Assembly (NCBI GenBank): GCA_019057475.1
Contig: DXJO01000054.1
Span: 1 to 46,565 of the forward strand
DNA length: 46,565 bases
Source: Candidatus Thorarchaeota archaeon
GTDB lineage: Archaea > Asgardarchaeota > Thorarchaeia > Thorarchaeales > Thorarchaeaceae
Reading direction: 5' to 3'
Both the position numbers and the translations under genes were made by a program. The notes under the pieces were generated by a model. The model searched no databases and was not told where the DNA came from. It worked only from the letters and a program-made list of their open reading frames with translations. Below, in pieces: positions 1 to 9,554 of the stretch; within the stretch, counting starts at the first letter, position 1, and the number at the start of each line of letters is the position of its first letter.

Positions 1-70
1 CAACCACAAGTATCAGGAGTGTTGAGAGAACCAGTTTTCGTCCACACAGCAAATCGTGCATGTTTCTCAT
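1..70 (-). CDS. 5' end of a secreted or membrane protein running off the left edge (partial)
   Basis: ATG at 70 reads MRNMHDLLCGRKLVLSTLLILVV to the window edge: basic residues followed by a hydrophobic stretch, typical of a signal peptide. Confidence 0.5.
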   Translation of the reverse strand, partial: MRNMHDLLCGRKLVLSTLLILVV

Positions 71-180
71 GCATGTTACACCAGAAAATCATTAAGTCTT
101 CTGGTGAGAGGAGCCCTGTCAGATAATACACCTCCCAGCGCACTCCAAGAAGTTGAGCCGTTCCATGTCGAGTAGGACCA

Positions 181-630
181 CTCGGATCAGCAATTCCTTA
201 CGCCGCTACATGTGACAGCCACCTTGGCCAAGTCGGAATCGACGTAGGCAGTCAGGATGTGGATGTTGTCATGCAGTGGATGGTGAGAATGTCCCATCGC
301 AGGGAATAGGCAAGGGTCGCAAAAGAGGTCTTCAAAAAGACAAGGAACACAAGGATGTACGGTGATATCGACATCGAGAAGGACATGCACTTCATTGCCA
401 CTGCGGAGAGCGATGAGTCGGATGAGGAGTACTTGCGGCTCTTTGCTCACAAGGAGGATGCCGACCTATGGGTCATGTTGTCCAAGCTTGACGGAGAGAC
501 CCCGCCCCTCAGACTGGTTTCCTTTCGCAGCATGACCGACCCCCCAGCATGGGGGAAAGTTTCAATCTCAAAGAGGAATGGGTCCCGTGACTCGCCGACC
601 TTTGTCCACATGGCCTTGTCGCGACGATAA
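181..630 (+). pseudogene. Probable degraded gene fragment of unknown function
   Basis: The frame of ORF 355..630 extends upstream (…DVGSQDVDVVMQWMVRMSHRRE*ARVAKEVFKK…) through a single TAG at 307-309. Its 3' part overlaps ORF 447..893 on the opposite strand. Confidence 0.3.
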
Positions 631-893
631 TATCTGTAGTCTGTGCCATTGTGTCGGACCTCTATCATTGAGGTGGGAGGAAGAGAGTCAAGGTCTGTGA
701 CCTCCAACGTTCCGCCTGCGCCAGTCTGCTTAGGTTGAGAAAGGAAGACCGGAAAGACTTCGTCATTGATGGGTACGAGCAGTGCCACATGCGGACGTTT
801 TACACAGTCCCACTGTTTCGGAACCGGCGGCGTCCTGCATGAGAATACTCCGTATGATAAGCTTAGAGCATGGAAGATGCCTACATCAATCAC
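447..893 (-). CDS. Hypothetical protein (148 aa)
   Basis: GTG start preceded by AAGGAGA at about 904-910 on the minus strand. No recognisable motif. Confidence 0.45.
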   Translation of the reverse strand: MIDVGIFHALSLSYGVFSCRTPPVPKQWDCVKRPHVALLVPINDEVFPVFLSQPKQTGAGGTLEVTDLDSLPPTSMIEVRHNGTDYRYYRRDKAMWTKVGESRDPFLFEIETFPHAGGSVMLRKETSLRGGVSPSSLDNMTHRSASSL

Positions 894-1950
894 GTGACTA
901 TGGTCTCCTTTAGGTTCCTAGCGTGACACAACAGGAGGAAGTGCTGCGTATTGTGATATATTAGTGCTGAGTAGCATATAATCATGCGCAAGAAGAAGGG
1001 TGCCACCTTTGCTCAATGGTCCACGTCCTAGATGCCCTCTAGAGGCCCGAGGACGCCCCTTTCTCTGACTTCTTTTCATGGTCTCTTGCGATTATGTCCT
1101 GACTGGATGAGAAACTGAAATGATGACTATGGAATAATACTGCATCTTAACAGATGGCCATAGGCAATATGAGTGGCTAGGGGTGCAAGAAAGGAAATCA
1201 GGCTTCTCTTCTAATTCGTTGTCCTTACCTTGTGTGTGAGCTTGGCTAGACACTCCAGAAGATGGAGTCTGCAGTAGTATACAAACCCCAACCAACTCCT
1301 CGTACGATAAGAACTGAAACGATGATGAAGCCGATTGCACCTTCCGACTGGGATGCTGAAACTGGTTGGACGACGCCAATGCAAATGCCCCCCTTCTGTG
1401 CTAGATTGTGAGCACAGCCCCCAGCGGATACGAGGGTCTTAATTGACAATCACTTCAGACCAACTGGCAGTAGATCCGCCACGACCTATGCGTGCCCCAT
1501 CCAGCCACAACCAAGAGGATATGCGTGACAATCATTTATAGGCTGCCACTGTGCACAAGGCCCGGGTGGTACGGCGTCTGACAGGGCCCTATTTTTCGTA
1601 TATGCCCTCAACTACGAAACTCCCCCCTCCTACCACGAACCTCTGTTGGACCCTGCCACCCACCTTTGCCTTTGTCATCACTTCAGCCACTTGCGACAAC
1701 GCTCTCCGGGTCTGTTTCTGAGAGCAACAATGTTCTGAGTCAATGAAGGGTAGAGTGGGGACCTAAAGGTGGCAATTCTGGATGGGTGATATTCAACCAG
1801 TTGGGACTCACTCTCAAGGCCGAATAACTCCAAGAAAGCATTGTATCCCTTCATCCTCCTGACACAGTGGCAGGCTCCCCTTGTTTCAGTATCTGGCAAC
1901 CCTGCGACATTCGATAATCATCAAGATGATGTGTCATTCACAGCTTCCGG

Positions 1951-2144
1951 TCAAGCTCTTGGGAACCAGACTCGAAAGCCAGCACCTTCACTTGAATCCC
2001 CTAGTCATCGGTCGAGTACCTCCACACCCCCTCCGTATATCTCAACTATCTGAGCAACCGATGCAGCCCGACACCCCCAAACCGACTGCTCTTGTCGAAT
2101 AGGTCAGCCTTTTTTTCATCCGTGAATCCCAGCCCGTTGGAATA
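1951..2144 (-). pseudogene. C-terminal HATPase_c fragment of a sensor histidine kinase, frameshifted with an internal stop
   Basis: Manual translation: YSNGLGFTDEKKADLFDKSSRFGGVGLH, then a 1-nt deletion near 2059-2060, then VAQIVEIYGGGVEVLDR*LGDSSEGAGFRVWFPRA*. G1-, F- and G2-box equivalents are recognisable. Internal TGA at 2005-2007. Confidence 0.75.
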
Positions 2145-2225
2145 ACACACATGAGTACGCGGCCAATCGTTACAGGTGTATCTATGGAGTCATATCCTAG
2201 CGTTGGATCTTGGAGAAGGTCGCTT

Positions 2226-2471
2226 CTATGATTGCGAGTGGGATGCGGATTTGATGATGTAGTAGAACCCTAAACCAAAGAGGACGAAGATCACGACGCC
2301 ACCGAAAAACACAGCGGGAATCATGAGGAACTCCTCAAATGGTGTATAGGTGAAGGGAGGAGCACTACTCCACCCAGCAACCACATAGGCAAGATATGCT
2401 AGAAGACCCCCGCCGGTTCCTAGGTAAACCAGACCCATCCGTAACCAAGCTCTATGCAAATCTTGACTCAA
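2226..2471 (-). CDS. Small membrane protein with 2 TM helices
   Basis: Two hydrophobic segments (LVYLGTGGGLLAYLAYVVAG and FLMIPAVFFGGVVIFVLFGLGFYYII) and a short polar tail. Confidence 0.65.
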   Translation of the reverse strand: MSQDLHRAWLRMGLVYLGTGGGLLAYLAYVVAGWSSAPPFTYTPFEEFLMIPAVFFGGVVIFVLFGLGFYYIIKSASHSQS

Positions 2472-2690
2472 ATTTAAGTCCTCGATTGATGGCTAACGGG
2501 AATATGCGTAACTACACATTAAAGGTTTACGTGACAGGCACCAAGAATCTGGAAGGGTACAAGACCAAAACTACGCGATCTGGCTAGAATGCACGATTCT
2601 CCCAATGCAGGTTCCTGACGACCTTAGGTTTCTGGTCCAACAGTTCTTGGAGATTAGAGAATTGAACTAACGGTTGGGCATTGCCACTCC

Positions 2691-3054
2691 TTACTTCTGC
2701 TCAAGGATGTCTTCTAGCAGACGGACATTCTGCCATTCCCTGCTGGCAATCCTCTTAGCGAACAGGTTGACCATCGCTCCCTCTGGGTACTTGACAGGAG
2801 TTGCAAACCTATCCCCGTTCTTGAAGGTCACGTGCATCTGCCACAACGAGCAGGACACTGACTGCATCCCGACTCCAACCAGTCACATCAACCGTGCCCG
2901 ACCTGACCGTTTCTCTCACTAGTGCCTCGAACTGGCCCATGTGTTGACCCCCCACAACTCGACCTAGTTCCTCCATGACCCTGAACCTCTTCTCCAAGTC
3001 TGCTTCCTTCGCCAGTCGGAACAGGTCATCAGCCTTACGGGTAATCCCTCTCAC
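2691..3054 (-). pseudogene. Hypothetical protein, probably frameshifted (or two overlapping small ORFs)
   Basis: ORF 2809..3054 is continued in a second frame from about 2880 by LVGVGMQSVSCSLWQMHVTFKNGDRFATPVKYPEGAMVNLFAKRIASREWQNVRLLEDILEQK*, with TAA at 2691-2693. Confidence 0.4.
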
Positions 3055-3244
3055 CTATGAGTGTGTGGCCATGCTTGGTAAGAAAGCACTTGCTTGTCTA
3101 GCACGAGGGGCCTATGGGTGTGTGTGCAGAGCGGGGTGTGCCTGCGTAGATGTAGCGGGGTCGTTCTCGGTGGTTGTAGCAGGATATTGAAATCAGCTAG
3201 GAGCTTAGAATGGCCCATGAGCACCCATGTTCAGGTGACGACGC

Positions 3245-3580
3245 ATGGTAGGACAGTGCAAGGAGATTGGGGGGGTCGAGTTCCACCCCATCAAATCTGA
3301 GTGGGCAGAGAAAGAGTTCATAGGGGCTCTGGATGTCATAGACATTCCAGGTCACACCGTCGCATGGGTGTACAGTCGAGTCTTGCTTATCCGTAACAAG
3401 GAGTGGTACTGCGCCAAGTTCACCAGCCAGCACAAGGCAGAGAGCGCGTTCCGCAAGGTGGTTCGCGAGGGGCGCAAGCTCGTGGGCCGACTTATCGAGT
3501 CCCGTTTCACAGTGTGTGTGCTATCGTCGCAAGCGATAAGTACTCTCACTCCTTCAAACAGTTCGGTGTGTGGGCAATGA
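3245..3580 (+). CDS. Hypothetical protein (start uncertain)
   Basis: Protein-like composition. Its TGA overlaps the ATG of the next gene (ATGA at 3577-3580), suggesting translational coupling. Confidence 0.5.
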   Translation: MVGQCKEIGGVEFHPIKSEWAEKEFIGALDVIDIPGHTVAWVYSRVLLIRNKEWYCAKFTSQHKAESAFRKVVREGRKLVGRLIESRFTVCVLSSQAISTLTPSNSSVCGQ

Positions 3581-4644
3581 AGATGTCGGAGAATCCGTTA
3601 GAGATTGCTGCCGCATTGGCTTCCTCACAACAACCATGGCTCATCCTGGAACAAATCAAGCAAGATCCGAATCTCTCCGAGAGCCATGAGATTCAATCAG
3701 CCATAATGGACATAATCAGAAAGGACACGGACCTGAAATGGCCAATGCTTAAGGTCGTCTGCGCCATTCCAGCCATGGTCACAGACGGGAGGATTCACAA
3801 GGCTGTGAAAGAGCTAGGAGGCCTAGCAATCGATTTCTTTGTTGAGGCGGTTGTACTGAATGCTTCCAAAGATTCCTTGAATGTGCTAGCCGACGACAAG
3901 TCATTTGCAGATATGATTGAATCCTGCTATTCTACCATCACTGTTCTGGGACTGATACTGGATGTGCCTGAACTCAGAGCAAGCAAGACCATTCGAAATG
4001 CTGCTATGAAGAACAAGAAGGGTCTGTACCAAAGCATAGACAATGAACTGCAACAGGGTGGACTCTCCTACGAACTCAAAATCATGCAACAGTATCCGGA
4101 GATTCTAGTAAGCGACGATTTCATAGACATTATTGTGGAGGTCATTAGAAATCCATCTGTTTTTGGTGTTCTTGACGAAATACTTGACATCCCTCAGCTT
4201 AGAGAGAACACTAGAATCTGGGACTCGGCTCTTGATGCTCTGACGGAAAAAGAGATGTTTTTCTGGTGGATATCAGACTATTTCGGGGTAGATTGGCATT
4301 TGCTGGCCAAGAGGCGTCGTGCTTCAAGCATCAAGGGCGTTGAGGGGTCTGTGGACCAACTCATCCAAGAGAGGGGCTGGAAATTCACACGCGCGGCATT
4401 GATACGAGAATATGCTCATTATGAATATCTCTTCGAACAAGACGATGTCACGGTAGAAGAGATGGAGGAAGCACAGCACACCTTCTTTGAGATTTTCAAC
4501 ATGGGGGAATTCGTCAAATACAACATCTCTATGGATAAGATACTCTTTGGGATTGAAAACGCTGACAGTTTGGAGATAGCTGCGAAGAAAGCGAAGGAGC
4601 GAGCATCACAGCTATTGACCAGCAAGAGAGAATCGAAAGATTAG
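3577..4644 (+). CDS. Alpha-helical repeat protein of unknown function (about 355 aa)
   Basis: Start moved from 3403 to the ATG at 3577 (ATGA overlap). Recurring units spaced about 35-40 aa apart: IKQDPNLSESHEI, VCAIPAMVTDGRI, ILDVPELRASKTI, MQQYPEILVSDDF, ILDIPQLRENTRI. Confidence 0.75.
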   Translation: MKMSENPLEIAAALASSQQPWLILEQIKQDPNLSESHEIQSAIMDIIRKDTDLKWPMLKVVCAIPAMVTDGRIHKAVKELGGLAIDFFVEAVVLNASKDSLNVLADDKSFADMIESCYSTITVLGLILDVPELRASKTIRNAAMKNKKGLYQSIDNELQQGGLSYELKIMQQYPEILVSDDFIDIIVEVIRNPSVFGVLDEILDIPQLRENTRIWDSALDALTEKEMFFWWISDYFGVDWHLLAKRRRASSIKGVEGSVDQLIQERGWKFTRAALIREYAHYEYLFEQDDVTVEEMEEAQHTFFEIFNMGEFVKYNISMDKILFGIENADSLEIAAKKAKERASQLLTSKRESKD

Positions 4645-4692
4645 CAACATTATTCTCCATTGTACCAGTATTCTTCACATTGCCGGAGTGGT

Positions 4693-4797
4693 TGCCACTT
4701 TGCTCCGGAACAGCTTACGATTTCCCTAAAGGAGCTTGAGGATAACCTCAAGAAGATCCCCGGAGTTTCAAGGGTAACGCTCAGGAAGGTCGAGTAG
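4693..4797 (+). pseudogene. Possible C-terminal remnant of an ACT-like domain protein
   Basis: Reads CHFAPEQLTISLKELEDNLKKIPGVSRVTLRKVE*, resembling the helix-PG-V-strand end of ACT domains. No clear start. Confidence 0.3.
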
Positions 4798-4878
4798 ACT
4801 CTTCGCCTTTGCAGGCCGCACAACTCACTCATGGGTTAGGGAAAAGCTATTCACCCAAATGGCACATTCGATATGAAA

Positions 4879-4921
4879 CGACTTCGCGTAAGGCGGAGTC
4901 GCATTTTCTCTTTCTTGTTTT
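4879..4921 (+). terminator. Hairpin plus T-tract terminator
   Basis: CGACTTCGC-GTAAG-GCGGAGTCG stem-loop followed by TTTTCTCTTTCTTGTTTT, between convergent genes. Confidence 0.55.
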
Positions 4922-4949
4922 CTACCGGGACAGAAGAGCCTAGCTCGTT

Positions 4950-5759
4950 TTACCATTCACTTCTCGGAAGGACCGAAACTCTCTCTCGGAAATGCTTCTG
5001 ATTGTCGGGCATATATGACGACAGGAAGACCTCAACAATCTGGTCTAGGTTTCGGTGTACATCGTATCTCTCGAAGTAAGACAGGACATTCTTGATGTCA
5101 CGCCTAATAAGAGATGAAATCTGCCTCATGTCTGACCACTTGGTAACCTTGTTGGCTTGAGGCACATCTATGATCCAGGAACGCTCTTTCCACCAGAGGA
5201 TGTTGTAGTGACTGAGGTCTCCGTGAACGTAATGCGCATCCCGATACATGACCAAATAGTCATCAAGAATCTGGTCCAAGACGACCTCTGGATTCTCAAG
5301 CTCTGCGTCCCTCAGCTGGGGAGCGGCCTCGTGCCCATCGCCAATGAATCGCATTGTGACATAATTGCCGACCCTGCCGATTGGTGTGGGACAAGGCACT
5401 CCCGCTTTGAAGCAAGCAAGAAGAACATCATACTCCTTAGCAGCTAGCGCTTCCATCGCACCCGGAGCAAAGAACCCTTTCTTCTTGCTCGTATGAGTGG
5501 AGTGCCAGAAGCGATAGGCCTTCAGGATGATTGGATGACTCTTCCAGGATGCAAGGAATATCGACGCTTCTTTTCCAGCTTTCAACTGATAATGCAATTC
5601 AGTTGCTAGTCCAAACTGTACTGCATCCTCGCGTACTTCATGAAGTGTGAGTTCCTTGATCGCTACCGATCGTCCTCTTCTGGCGCCTCGCTGAAGGTCC
5701 CGTTTGCGAGAAAGGGCACTACCCTTATTCGGGTTGTACTTCTCCACAACTGACGGCAC
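4950..5759 (-). CDS. RIO-like atypical Ser/Thr protein kinase
   Basis: GKEA P-loop, ILKAYR, GVPCPTP, MRFIG…APQL, catalytic VHGDLSHYNIL and IIDVPQ. GGAGGT SD upstream of the GTG start. Confidence 0.9.
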   Translation of the reverse strand: MPSVVEKYNPNKGSALSRKRDLQRGARRGRSVAIKELTLHEVREDAVQFGLATELHYQLKAGKEASIFLASWKSHPIILKAYRFWHSTHTSKKKGFFAPGAMEALAAKEYDVLLACFKAGVPCPTPIGRVGNYVTMRFIGDGHEAAPQLRDAELENPEVVLDQILDDYLVMYRDAHYVHGDLSHYNILWWKERSWIIDVPQANKVTKWSDMRQISSLIRRDIKNVLSYFERYDVHRNLDQIVEVFLSSYMPDNQKHFRERVSVLPRSEW

Positions 5760-5948
5760 CTAGATTACCTCCATCGCGAAACTGTAGCGCTTCAACGAAA
5801 CCTTCTTGCTGCGCTCTTTCTTTAGACGGAGAGTCGTCTCTTTGTTGGTTCCAGATTCATTGTCGTTATCGCAAAGGGCGCAAGCGCTCTTCGAACTTGA
5901 CTCTGATTCAGGGAGGTCTTGATTCTGTGTTTGCAACTTCTCTTGCAC
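5760..5948 (-). CDS. Small hypothetical protein with CxxC, abutting the RIO kinase
   Basis: 62-aa ORF whose stop directly precedes the kinase GTG and whose last codons carry the kinase SD. Contains CALC. Confidence 0.45.
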   Translation of the reverse strand: MQEKLQTQNQDLPESESSSKSACALCDNDNESGTNKETTLRLKKERSKKVSLKRYSFAMEVI

Positions 5949-6094
5949 TCTCGTTGACTAAGTTAGCGCGCCTTGCATTCGTGGCACAATAGATTCAGAA
6001 AAGCAGACAACCCAACACACGAGCACTGGACCTCAATGTAAGTCCAATCACGACGCGCGCAATGACTGAAATTGCACACAGAAATAGAAGGGTT

Positions 6095-6157
6095 CTAGAA
6101 AACCCTATCAGCACTGGTGCAGGCGTCTACTGTAAAATTCACCATGATAACAATCAT
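6095..6157 (-). CDS. Putative 20-aa leader peptide (uORF) MIVIMVNFTVDACTSADRVF
   Basis: Strong SD GGAGGTG (6168-6174) 10 nt before the ATG at 6157. TAG at 6095-6097 lies in a hairpin loop. TTATAT TATA-like box at 6210-6215. Confidence 0.55.
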   Translation of the reverse strand: MIVIMVNFTVDACTSADRVF

Positions 6158-6245
6158 TGACTTTCTGCACCTCCATGCTTTCGATTATCCACCTCGCCCC
6201 CTCGTTTGCATATAACATTTGCTTTTCCAGTAGGTTCGGAAATGG

Positions 6246-7658
6246 TCATGTAACGTCAGTCATGGCTTCATCCGTTTCGTGCGGCGCGACTTTGACAAAG
6301 TGAGTTTCGTCAACATACGCCCACAAGATGAAGACGGCAATAGCTCCCAGCCCAGCGGCCAGCCAGAATGGAACCACGAAACCGGGAATTGTGAAAGGGC
6401 CGATTTCAAATACCACCAAGGAGAAGATGGCATACAGAACTCCGCCAACCAGAGGACCAACCGTAGCTCCAGCATTGAAGAATGCCTGGATGGTGCCAAA
6501 TAACTTGCCTCGCAGGCGCCAAGGCACAACATCGGCTTGGATCGCTCTCAGCGCAGGCTGCGATATAGACATTGCAGCTGTCTGAGTGACCCAAGTAGCA
6601 CCTACTTGTGCGACGTTTGTAGTAAGCGGGATAACTGCAAGACTTGCTCGGGCTCCTAGTGCCCCATATACTGCTAGCCCTTTGCGACCATGTTTATCGG
6701 CATAGCGCCCTGCGGGGATTGAAAAGAGCATTCCAATTGCACCAGCTCCTGAGATGATGAAACCGATGAGGCCAATATCACTTGTGATTTTGCTCATGAG
6801 GAACAACTGAAAGACTGGTTGACCAAGACCCATAGCAAGACCATTGGCGAGCGTCATTATGTACAAGGCCCGCATCATTCTGTTGGTCTTCGGGGACATT
6901 TCGAATTCCATCTCTGGCGATGACGAAACCGATTCCGTTCGTGTGGTCTGAGTCACTAACTGCGTTTCCTCCAGCTTGCCCGGCGCGGTTTCTTTTAGCA
7001 GGACAGCTGTGAAAATAGCCGCAGGCAAGACAATTAGAGCGGCGATAAAGTAGGGAACACGGAAAACATCAGGAACTGGCAGCAGAAGGATGTCTCTGCT
7101 GAAGTTGTAGAGCAGTCCACCAAGGCCTGGGCCCACAATGAACCCGATATTCGATACCATCATATAGAGGCCAAGTCCCTCAGCTCGACGCTTCGGCCCA
7201 ACGATATCCATCAGAGCAGCTTCGGCCACGGGCCAGACCATAGCGGAAACCACACCCTGCATTGCACGGATAAGCAACAAATGGATCCAGCTTTGGGCGA
7301 ATCCGAAAAGAACAAGTAAAAGTGTGTAGCCAAGCAGGCCAACTATCATAAGTGGCTTGCGACCGCGCGTGTCAGAAACGCTGCCCCAGTAGCGAGCTAG
7401 AAGCGTACGTGTTCCCATGAATGTTGCCATCATTACACCAAGGATGATTGCGAATTCGGCCACGACATTCTCAGGCACGATGTAACCAGGTCCTGGCGGC
7501 TGGGCAAGGCCTCCTTCAAGGGCAATGAGGTAGAAGGACATTGATGGAGCTACAATGCCGAAGCCAAGCATTATCAGCATTGCGTCGATTGCGATGATCA
7601 TCACGCGAGGATTTGTGTAGAGCTTCCGCGTTTCTTGCAGGGCTGGCTCTGCTTCCAT
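6246..7658 (-). CDS. MFS transporter (DHA1/TetA-like)
   Basis: About 12 TM segments, motif A twice (GSVSDTRGRK and GRYADKHGRK), and GFIVGPGLGG. Confidence 0.92.
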   Translation of the reverse strand: MEAEPALQETRKLYTNPRVMIIAIDAMLIMLGFGIVAPSMSFYLIALEGGLAQPPGPGYIVPENVVAEFAIILGVMMATFMGTRTLLARYWGSVSDTRGRKPLMIVGLLGYTLLLVLFGFAQSWIHLLLIRAMQGVVSAMVWPVAEAALMDIVGPKRRAEGLGLYMMVSNIGFIVGPGLGGLLYNFSRDILLLPVPDVFRVPYFIAALIVLPAAIFTAVLLKETAPGKLEETQLVTQTTRTESVSSSPEMEFEMSPKTNRMMRALYIMTLANGLAMGLGQPVFQLFLMSKITSDIGLIGFIISGAGAIGMLFSIPAGRYADKHGRKGLAVYGALGARASLAVIPLTTNVAQVGATWVTQTAAMSISQPALRAIQADVVPWRLRGKLFGTIQAFFNAGATVGPLVGGVLYAIFSLVVFEIGPFTIPGFVVPFWLAAGLGAIAVFILWAYVDETHFVKVAPHETDEAMTDVT

Positions 7659-7847
7659 CTATTCCATTCTCCATCCGTATTACGCAAATCAACATCGGCC
7701 CCACATATAGTTGCAGATGCGAACACGTCGTACAGACGGAAGCATTTATCTCTGAAACATCGCGCGGTTCCACGACCTCTGCTTAACGATTCCCCGCGTT
7801 GAAAATGAGGGGAGTTACGAATTGAAAGATAAGAAAAGGAATCACCC

Positions 7848-9554
7848 ATGGCTAATCCTGCAAACCCGTTAATTGTTCAGTCAGACAAATCAGTGCTACT
7901 CGAGGTGGATAATCCTCGTTACGAAGATGCACGTGATTCCCTAGCTCGATTCGCGGAGCTCGTGAAGAGTCCAGAGTACGTGCACACGTATCGAGTCACG
8001 CCTTTGAGCCTGTGGAACGCTGCCGCAATGGGGATGAGCCCGAATGAGGTGATTGCGGCTCTTGAGGAATTTGCAAAGTACCCGATTCCTGGTAACATCA
8101 CACGTGAGATTATCGATTACATGAGCAGGTACGGCATGATCTCATTATACAAGGAGGGGCCTGACCTACTACTCATATGCGAAGACGAAGACCTCGCGGA
8201 AGAAATCTGGCGTAGTAAGAAGGTTAGGGAGTATCTGATTGACAGGGTCGATTCAACGACCATGCGTGTCTACCCCACAAGAAGAGGGTTTGTCAAGACT
8301 GCGCTGATCGAGATAGGTCACCCTGTGGAGGACGTTGCAGGATACGTAGAAGGAGAAGCGTTGCACTTCGAGTTGAGAGAAACCTCACTTGGCAGCAAGC
8401 CATTCCATCTCAGGGGATATCAGAAAGACGCGGTTGCCATCTTCCATGCAGGTGGAGGAGTCAGAGGCGGTTCTGGTGTCGTTGTGCTCCCTTGTGGAGC
8501 TGGAAAGACAATGGTCGGTATGGGAGCCATGGAGAATCTTCAGACATCCACTCTGATTCTGTGTCCCAATGTCGTGGCAGTTCGCCAGTGGATAACAGAG
8601 CTCCTTGACAAGACAACTCTAACGCCAGAGCAGGTTGGAGAATACACTGGAGATGAGAAATTGATTCGTCCAGTCACTGTTGCCACTTATCAGATTCTGA
8701 CCTGGCGCAAGTCAAGAGATGATAAGTTCAAGCATTTCAAGATATTCGAAGCAAGAAACTGGGGATTGATAATCTACGACGAAGTCCATCTTCTCCCGGC
8801 TCCTGTATTTAGAGCGACAGCAGCCATCCAAGCCACTAGGAGACTAGGTCTCACGGCCACCCTCGTGAGAGAGGATGGACGGGAAGAAGACGTTTTCAGT
8901 TTGATAGGGCCCAAAAGATTCGACATGCCTTGGAAACAGCTGGAGGACCAAGGATGGATTGCGACGGCAATCTGCTATGAAATCAGGCTTGAACTTCCAG
9001 ACGATATGAGACGGAAGTACGCTCTGGCTGAAGACAGGAAGAAATACAGAATAGCAGCGGAAAATCCAAGGAAGCTCGAACTCGTCAAGAAGCTAGTGAA
9101 GTATCATAAGAATGACAATGTCTTGGTCATCGGGATGTATCTTTATCAGCTCAATATTATCGCAGAAGAGATAGATGCACCATTAATAACAGGTAAGACA
9201 CCCAATGCTGAACGGCAGAGACTGTACAATCTATTTCGCACTGGTGAGTTGAAGATTCTTGTGGTTTCCAAAGTTGCCAACTTCGCCCTTGACCTTCCTG
9301 ACGCCAACGTGGCAATTCAGGTATCAGGAACGTTTGGTTCGCGTCAAGAGGAGGCTCAGAGGCTAGGGCGAATACTCAGACCTAAGAGTGATGGTAGCTT
9401 CGCGCGATTCTACTCCGTGGTGACCAGAGATACTCGGGACATGGACTTCGCCGCAAAACGCCAGTTATTCCTAACTGAACAGGGCTACCAATATGTTATC
9501 GCAGCAGTCGAAGAGAACGTTTGGGAAGAACCACCCGAAACGTTCTTCAACTAA
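7848..9554 (+). CDS. xpb: XPB/Rad25/Ssl2-family DNA helicase-translocase, long form with N-terminal Helicase_C_3 domain
   Basis: N-terminal PLIVQSD…SPEYVHTYRVTPLSLWNAA, Q-motif LRGYQ, LPCGAGKT, DEVH, LGLTATLVRED (RED motif), and GSRQEEAQRLGRILRPK. Confidence 0.95.
   Translation: MANPANPLIVQSDKSVLLEVDNPRYEDARDSLARFAELVKSPEYVHTYRVTPLSLWNAAAMGMSPNEVIAALEEFAKYPIPGNITREIIDYMSRYGMISLYKEGPDLLLICEDEDLAEEIWRSKKVREYLIDRVDSTTMRVYPTRRGFVKTALIEIGHPVEDVAGYVEGEALHFELRETSLGSKPFHLRGYQKDAVAIFHAGGGVRGGSGVVVLPCGAGKTMVGMGAMENLQTSTLILCPNVVAVRQWITELLDKTTLTPEQVGEYTGDEKLIRPVTVATYQILTWRKSRDDKFKHFKIFEARNWGLIIYDEVHLLPAPVFRATAAIQATRRLGLTATLVREDGREEDVFSLIGPKRFDMPWKQLEDQGWIATAICYEIRLELPDDMRRKYALAEDRKKYRIAAENPRKLELVKKLVKYHKNDNVLVIGMYLYQLNIIAEEIDAPLITGKTPNAERQRLYNLFRTGELKILVVSKVANFALDLPDANVAIQVSGTFGSRQEEAQRLGRILRPKSDGSFARFYSVVTRDTRDMDFAAKRQLFLTEQGYQYVIAAVEENVWEEPPETFFN

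Noticed and set aside
1092-1899. ORFs 1092..1379, 1246..1449 and 1678..1899 as real genes
   Set aside because: Short, with TTG starts, no clear SD and no recognisable motif. They cannot be supported, though they may be remnants.
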